A DNA stretch of 64,000 bases, from NCBI GenBank assembly GCA_035534595.1, contig DATLRR010000017.1, forward strand, positions 24,172 through 88,171, given 5' to 3'. This document shows, piece after piece, positions 61,216 through 64,000 of the stretch. This DNA is from Nitrososphaerales archaeon (GTDB taxonomy: Archaea > Thermoproteota > Nitrososphaeria > Nitrososphaerales > Gagatemarchaeaceae). Position 1 is the stretch's first letter. Every line of letters begins with the position of its first letter. The position numbers were made by a program, and so were the translations under genes. The notes beneath the pieces were generated by a model that was not told where the DNA came from, ran no database searches, and saw nothing but the letters and a program-made list of their open reading frames with translations.

Positions 61216-61575
61216 ATGCCAGAGGCACAAGCAGTTTCGAAGCAACAGGCCCAGGCCGCGCACGCCTCCAAGCTCAAGAAGATCGAGATGTACGCGGCCC
61301 ACCTCGTAAGCGAGGCGGTCGCGAAGGAGAAGGCAGGTAGGTTCGGCGACGCGATCGTCGACTACCTCCAGGCCGCTGACCTACTGCTCCTCCTGGCCAA
61401 GGGGACTCAAGACTACACTCCGTGGAAGGCCTTCAGCGACAGGGCCATCGCGTGCCAGCAGAGGGTCAGGATCCTGATAGCCAAGAGGAAGCTCGCAGAG
61501 GAAGCTGCCGAGGCCGCACCGGCAAGTCCCCAAGCCGCGCCTCAAGGGCTCCCTGCCAACCAGAACAAAGTATAG
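61216..61575 (+). CDS. MIT-domain-like three-helix protein (119 aa)
   Basis: AAHLVSEAVAKEKAGRFGDAIVDYLQAADLLLLLAK...AFSDRAIACQQRVRILIAKRK resembles the MIT pattern of Vps4/CdvC N-termini. Confidence 0.45.
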   Translation: MPEAQAVSKQQAQAAHASKLKKIEMYAAHLVSEAVAKEKAGRFGDAIVDYLQAADLLLLLAKGTQDYTPWKAFSDRAIACQQRVRILIAKRKLAEEAAEAAPASPQAAPQGLPANQNKV

Positions 61576-61600
61576 ATGAAGCCCAGCGCATCGCCTGCCG

Positions 61601-61882
61601 ATGCGAAGGGCGGTCACGGTGGTCTCGAAGAAGGGATGCCATCTGTGCGAGAAGGTGGTCGCCACCCTGAACTCGCTCTCGCCAAGGTTCAACCTCGAGG
61701 TGAGGGTGGTCGACATCGGCGACGACCCGGAGCTCCACGACAAGTACTGGCTAACCATCCCCGCGGTCCTGATCGACGGCAAGGACGTCTTCGACGTGAG
61801 ACACATGGGCGGAGAGGTGAACTACGCCATAATGGTGGAGCAGCTCTTGATGGCGTACGACTCGACGGCCGTCTCAGCCTGA
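61601..61882 (+). CDS. glutaredoxin-like (thioredoxin-fold, DUF836-type) protein
   Basis: VVSKKGCHLCEKV...TIPAVLIDGKDVF. Confidence 0.75.
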   Translation: MRRAVTVVSKKGCHLCEKVVATLNSLSPRFNLEVRVVDIGDDPELHDKYWLTIPAVLIDGKDVFDVRHMGGEVNYAIMVEQLLMAYDSTAVSA

Positions 61883-62258
61883 GGACAGAAGCTCTATCCA
61901 GATCCCGTCGGGGTCCTTGACGTAGACCTCGGTCCCCTTCGATTCCTTGGGAGAAACCGCCGACGTCGCGCCCTTGGAGATGAGCTCCCTGTGCGCCTTG
62001 GCGGCGTCCTTGACGACGAACGCGAGGTGGTCCATCTCCTCACCCGGGACGTACTCGGAGTAGAACCTGCTACCGGTCGGATACCAGTTGAGCTCGAGCG
62101 TCTGCTTCGAGCCTTTCCCCCTGAGCTGGACGAACTTCCCCCCCGTGCGGCATCGTCCCCTTGTGCACGACCTTCATGCCCACGGCCTTGGTGTAGAACT
62201 CGACCGACCTCCTCAGTTCCCTCACCCTGATACCAGCGTAGTAGAAGCGGAACTTCAT
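61874..62258 (-). pseudogene. VOC/glyoxalase-family gene disrupted by one extra base in a C7/G7 run
   Basis: MKFRFYYAGIRVRELRRSVEFYTKAVGMKVVHKGTMPHGG is followed, one base off, by KFVQLRGKGSKQTLELNWYPTGSRFYSEYVPGEEMDHLAFVVKD...DPDGIWIELLSSG. Total length is 385 nt (3n+1). Confidence 0.8.
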
Positions 62259-62332
62259 CGTGTCAGGCGCGGCGGGTCACCGCGATAATTGAGTTTGCCG
62301 CCGCGGCCCTTCCGGGCGCAGCTGGAGCGATT

Positions 62333-63061
62333 CTACGGCGAGCCGGGCTGCTTCCCGTAGCTGCCTGCCACCCTCCTTCTCCACAGCACGAGGCCTACGC
62401 CGGCCAGTATGACCACGACCGCCGCGATGATGACGTAGGTGAGGGAGCCCAAGCCTCCACCCGAAGAGCCTGACGTGGAGGTCGTGCTCGTCGTGCTGCT
62501 GGTGGACGGCGCGGTCTGGGTGGACGAAGTGGTGCTTGACGTAGTGCTGCTCGAGGTCGTGGTGGACGAAGTGGTGCTCGACGTAGTGCTGCTCGAGGTC
62601 GAGCTGGAACTTGTCGTGCTAGACGTGCTGCTCGACGAAGAGGACGTCGTACTGCTCACCGCCGCCGTGTACGTGAACGTCGTGATCCCGACGGCGCTCG
62701 TTCCGTCACCGCCCCAGGTGGCGTTTACGGAGTATGTCCCTGAAATCCAGTTGACGGTGCCCCCTGCCACGATGACCCCCGTAAATGCTCCAGAGGTGGG
62801 ATCGACTGGGTCTTCCTGATAATCGACACCCGCGCCGTTGGAGTTCTTCGTTGTAAGGATGACTGCTGTGTTCGGCCCAGGAGCAGGCGAGACCGTCCCG
62901 CTGATGGTGATCGTCTGCGACCCCGAGTAAGCCGTCTTGTCTGTCTGGACGCTCACCGTATAGGTCTGACCCACAGCGAAGACAGGAATCGCAAGCGTGC
63001 CCACCGCAAACAATACCAGTACCAGTACCGGAGCTTTCCGAAGCACTTTACTCAAGAACAT
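62333..63061 (-). CDS. surface protein: signal peptide, beta-sandwich domain, long Ser/Thr linker, C-terminal TM anchor plus RRR
   Basis: VLVLVLFAVGTLAIPVFA..., about 75 aa of almost pure S/T, then LTYVIIAAVVVILAGVGLVLWRRR. Confidence 0.75.
   Translation of the reverse strand: MFLSKVLRKAPVLVLVLFAVGTLAIPVFAVGQTYTVSVQTDKTAYSGSQTITISGTVSPAPGPNTAVILTTKNSNGAGVDYQEDPVDPTSGAFTGVIVAGGTVNWISGTYSVNATWGGDGTSAVGITTFTYTAAVSSTTSSSSSSTSSTTSSSSTSSSTTSSTTSSTTTSSSTTSSTTSSTQTAPSTSSTTSTTSTSGSSGGGLGSLTYVIIAAVVVILAGVGLVLWRRRVAGSYGKQPGSP
62522..62605 (-). repeat. 2 x 42-nt tandem repeat inside the Ser/Thr linker
   Basis: GGACGAAGTGGTGCT[T/C]GACGTAGTGCTGCTCGAGGTCG... occurs at 62522 and again at 62564. Confidence 0.8.
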
Positions 63062-63114
63062 ATTCTCCTCCCGAGTGCGATATATCGGGATGGGTATAAG
63101 TGTATTAGACGCAA

Positions 63115-64000
63115 GGATTCTGCTTGATTAAGGGACATGGGTCTCTCAAGTGCTATAATTCCGATATACAATAGACATATATATCGTTGATATACATACG
63201 ATATACGTCGGCAAATGAACGCATGCAAGTTCTGCGGGTCGGAAAAGACGGTGAAGCACGGAGTAAAGGCCGGAGTTCAACGCCTGCTCTGCAAGAGTTG
63301 CGGCCACAAGTTCTACGATAACCATGTCTCCTTCGCTCGGATGAGGGTGAACGAGCATGTCATCGTGACCGCGCTCAACCTTTACTATGACGGCCTCTCT
63401 ACACGCAAGGTTCAGAGGCAACTTAGCGACATATTCGGCGAGCAGGTCGCGGCCTCTACCGTTTGGTATTGGGTCTCCAAGTATGGGGAGATGGTCGGCG
63501 AGTTCGTGAAGACGCTCGCGCCGAAGCTGGGAGGGAAGTATCACCATGACGAAACCGCGATATTCGTCGGCGGAGAAGAGAAGTGGTTCTGGGAGACGAT
63601 TGACGAGGACACCCGCTTCATAGTCGCAAGCATGGTCTCCCACTCCCGCACAAGCGCCGACGCAATCAAGGTCTTCACACAAGCCCTTGAGAAGCAGAGG
63701 CCGTCGGCCTTCTACACCGACGGCTCCTTCGCATACGACGAGGCGATGAAGAAGGTCTTCTACACGCGATACAAGGCGAACAAGGTTGAGTGGGTTAGAA
63801 GGGTCGGGATTCAAGCGAGGGAGACTAACAATGTAGTGGAGCGGTTGCACGGCACACTCAAGGACAGAGTGAAACCAATGCGGGGCCTGAAGAATCCCAA
63901 GAACCTTCTCGAAGGATATGTCGTGAATTACAACTTCTGCCGGACACACTCAAGCATCGGCAAGACTCCGGCGCAAGCGGCAGGAATCGAGATGAAGGGC
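63115..64000 (+). mobile_element. IS6-family insertion sequence, left end plus most of the transposase; the right end is outside the window
   Basis: The candidate left terminal repeat GGATTCTGCTTGATTAAGG (63115) resembles IS6/IS26-type ends (GGTTCTGTTGCAAAG). There is an AT-rich leader with three GATATAC copies, and a sharp GC drop from 63062. Confidence 0.7.
63215..64000 (+). CDS. IS6-family DDE transposase with N-terminal zinc finger (partial, runs off the window end)
   Basis: My translation is MNACKFCGSEKTVKHG...CKSCGHKF...YHHDETAIFVGG...FYTDGSFAYD...NNVVERLHGTLKDR...NYNFCRTHSSIGKTPA. Track ORF 63146..63949(-) is its antisense shadow. Confidence 0.85.
   Translation, partial: MNACKFCGSEKTVKHGVKAGVQRLLCKSCGHKFYDNHVSFARMRVNEHVIVTALNLYYDGLSTRKVQRQLSDIFGEQVAASTVWYWVSKYGEMVGEFVKTLAPKLGGKYHHDETAIFVGGEEKWFWETIDEDTRFIVASMVSHSRTSADAIKVFTQALEKQRPSAFYTDGSFAYDEAMKKVFYTRYKANKVEWVRRVGIQARETNNVVERLHGTLKDRVKPMRGLKNPKNLLEGYVVNYNFCRTHSSIGKTPAQAAGIEMKG

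Noticed and set aside
1-64000. CRISPR arrays, rRNA genes, selenocysteine or pyrrolysine recoding (in-frame TGA/TAG in conserved genes).
   Set aside because: There are no regularly spaced direct repeats and no rRNA-like conserved stretches. The conserved genes I read through contain no in-frame stops, apart from the frame disruptions reported separately.

Overview
This 64 kb window comes from a GC-rich archaeal chromosome. The codon bias is strongly AGG/GGG/CTC, and long Arg/Pro/Gly-rich shadow ORFs are frequent. Archaeal identity rests on DGGGP-synthase-type UbiA, RFC large subunit, Orc1/Cdc6, EndA, archaeal-type PEP carboxylase, CDC48, a PAC2/Pba-like chaperone and a TRASH-based cop cluster. 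I call about 75 protein genes and find no rRNA, convincing tRNA or CRISPR array.

Gene content:
- Replication and RNA processing: rfcL, intein-containing orc1/cdc6, endA.
- Proteostasis: CDC48, PAC2, rhomboid, CPBP.
- Metal handling: VIT1, the copM/copR/copA TRASH trio, ferritin-like protein, cupredoxin.
- A complete AmmeMemoRadiSam triad.
- F420-type enzymes (LLM, PPOX).
- Agmatine-to-putrescine genes (aguA/aguB).
- PadR-ABC exporter, an MMPL transporter, and several secreted Ser/Thr-rich proteins.

Five visibly AT-richer patches interrupt this backbone:
- the Orc1/Cdc6 intein (5722-6786)
- about 15.35-16.45 kb, starting inside a PurM-like gene
- 21.3-22.2 kb
- 30.3-30.9 kb
- a partial IS6-family element at the right edge (63115-64000)

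Most notable observations:
- a LAGLIDADG intein in the Orc1/Cdc6 P-loop
- an orphan contractile-injection-system tail-tube gene with no other CIS genes nearby
- a MoaD/ThiS-like Ubl with a 12-aa tail after its GG
- several genes whose conserved or hydrophobic N-termini have no ATG/GTG/TTG start; two of them show an SD-like box followed about 9 nt later by ACG
- several frame disruptions (VOC gene in a C7 run, YVTN repeat gene, P-II remnant, cupredoxin 5' end)

All family calls come from motif recognition by eye. No searches or computations were run, and GC statements are qualitative.
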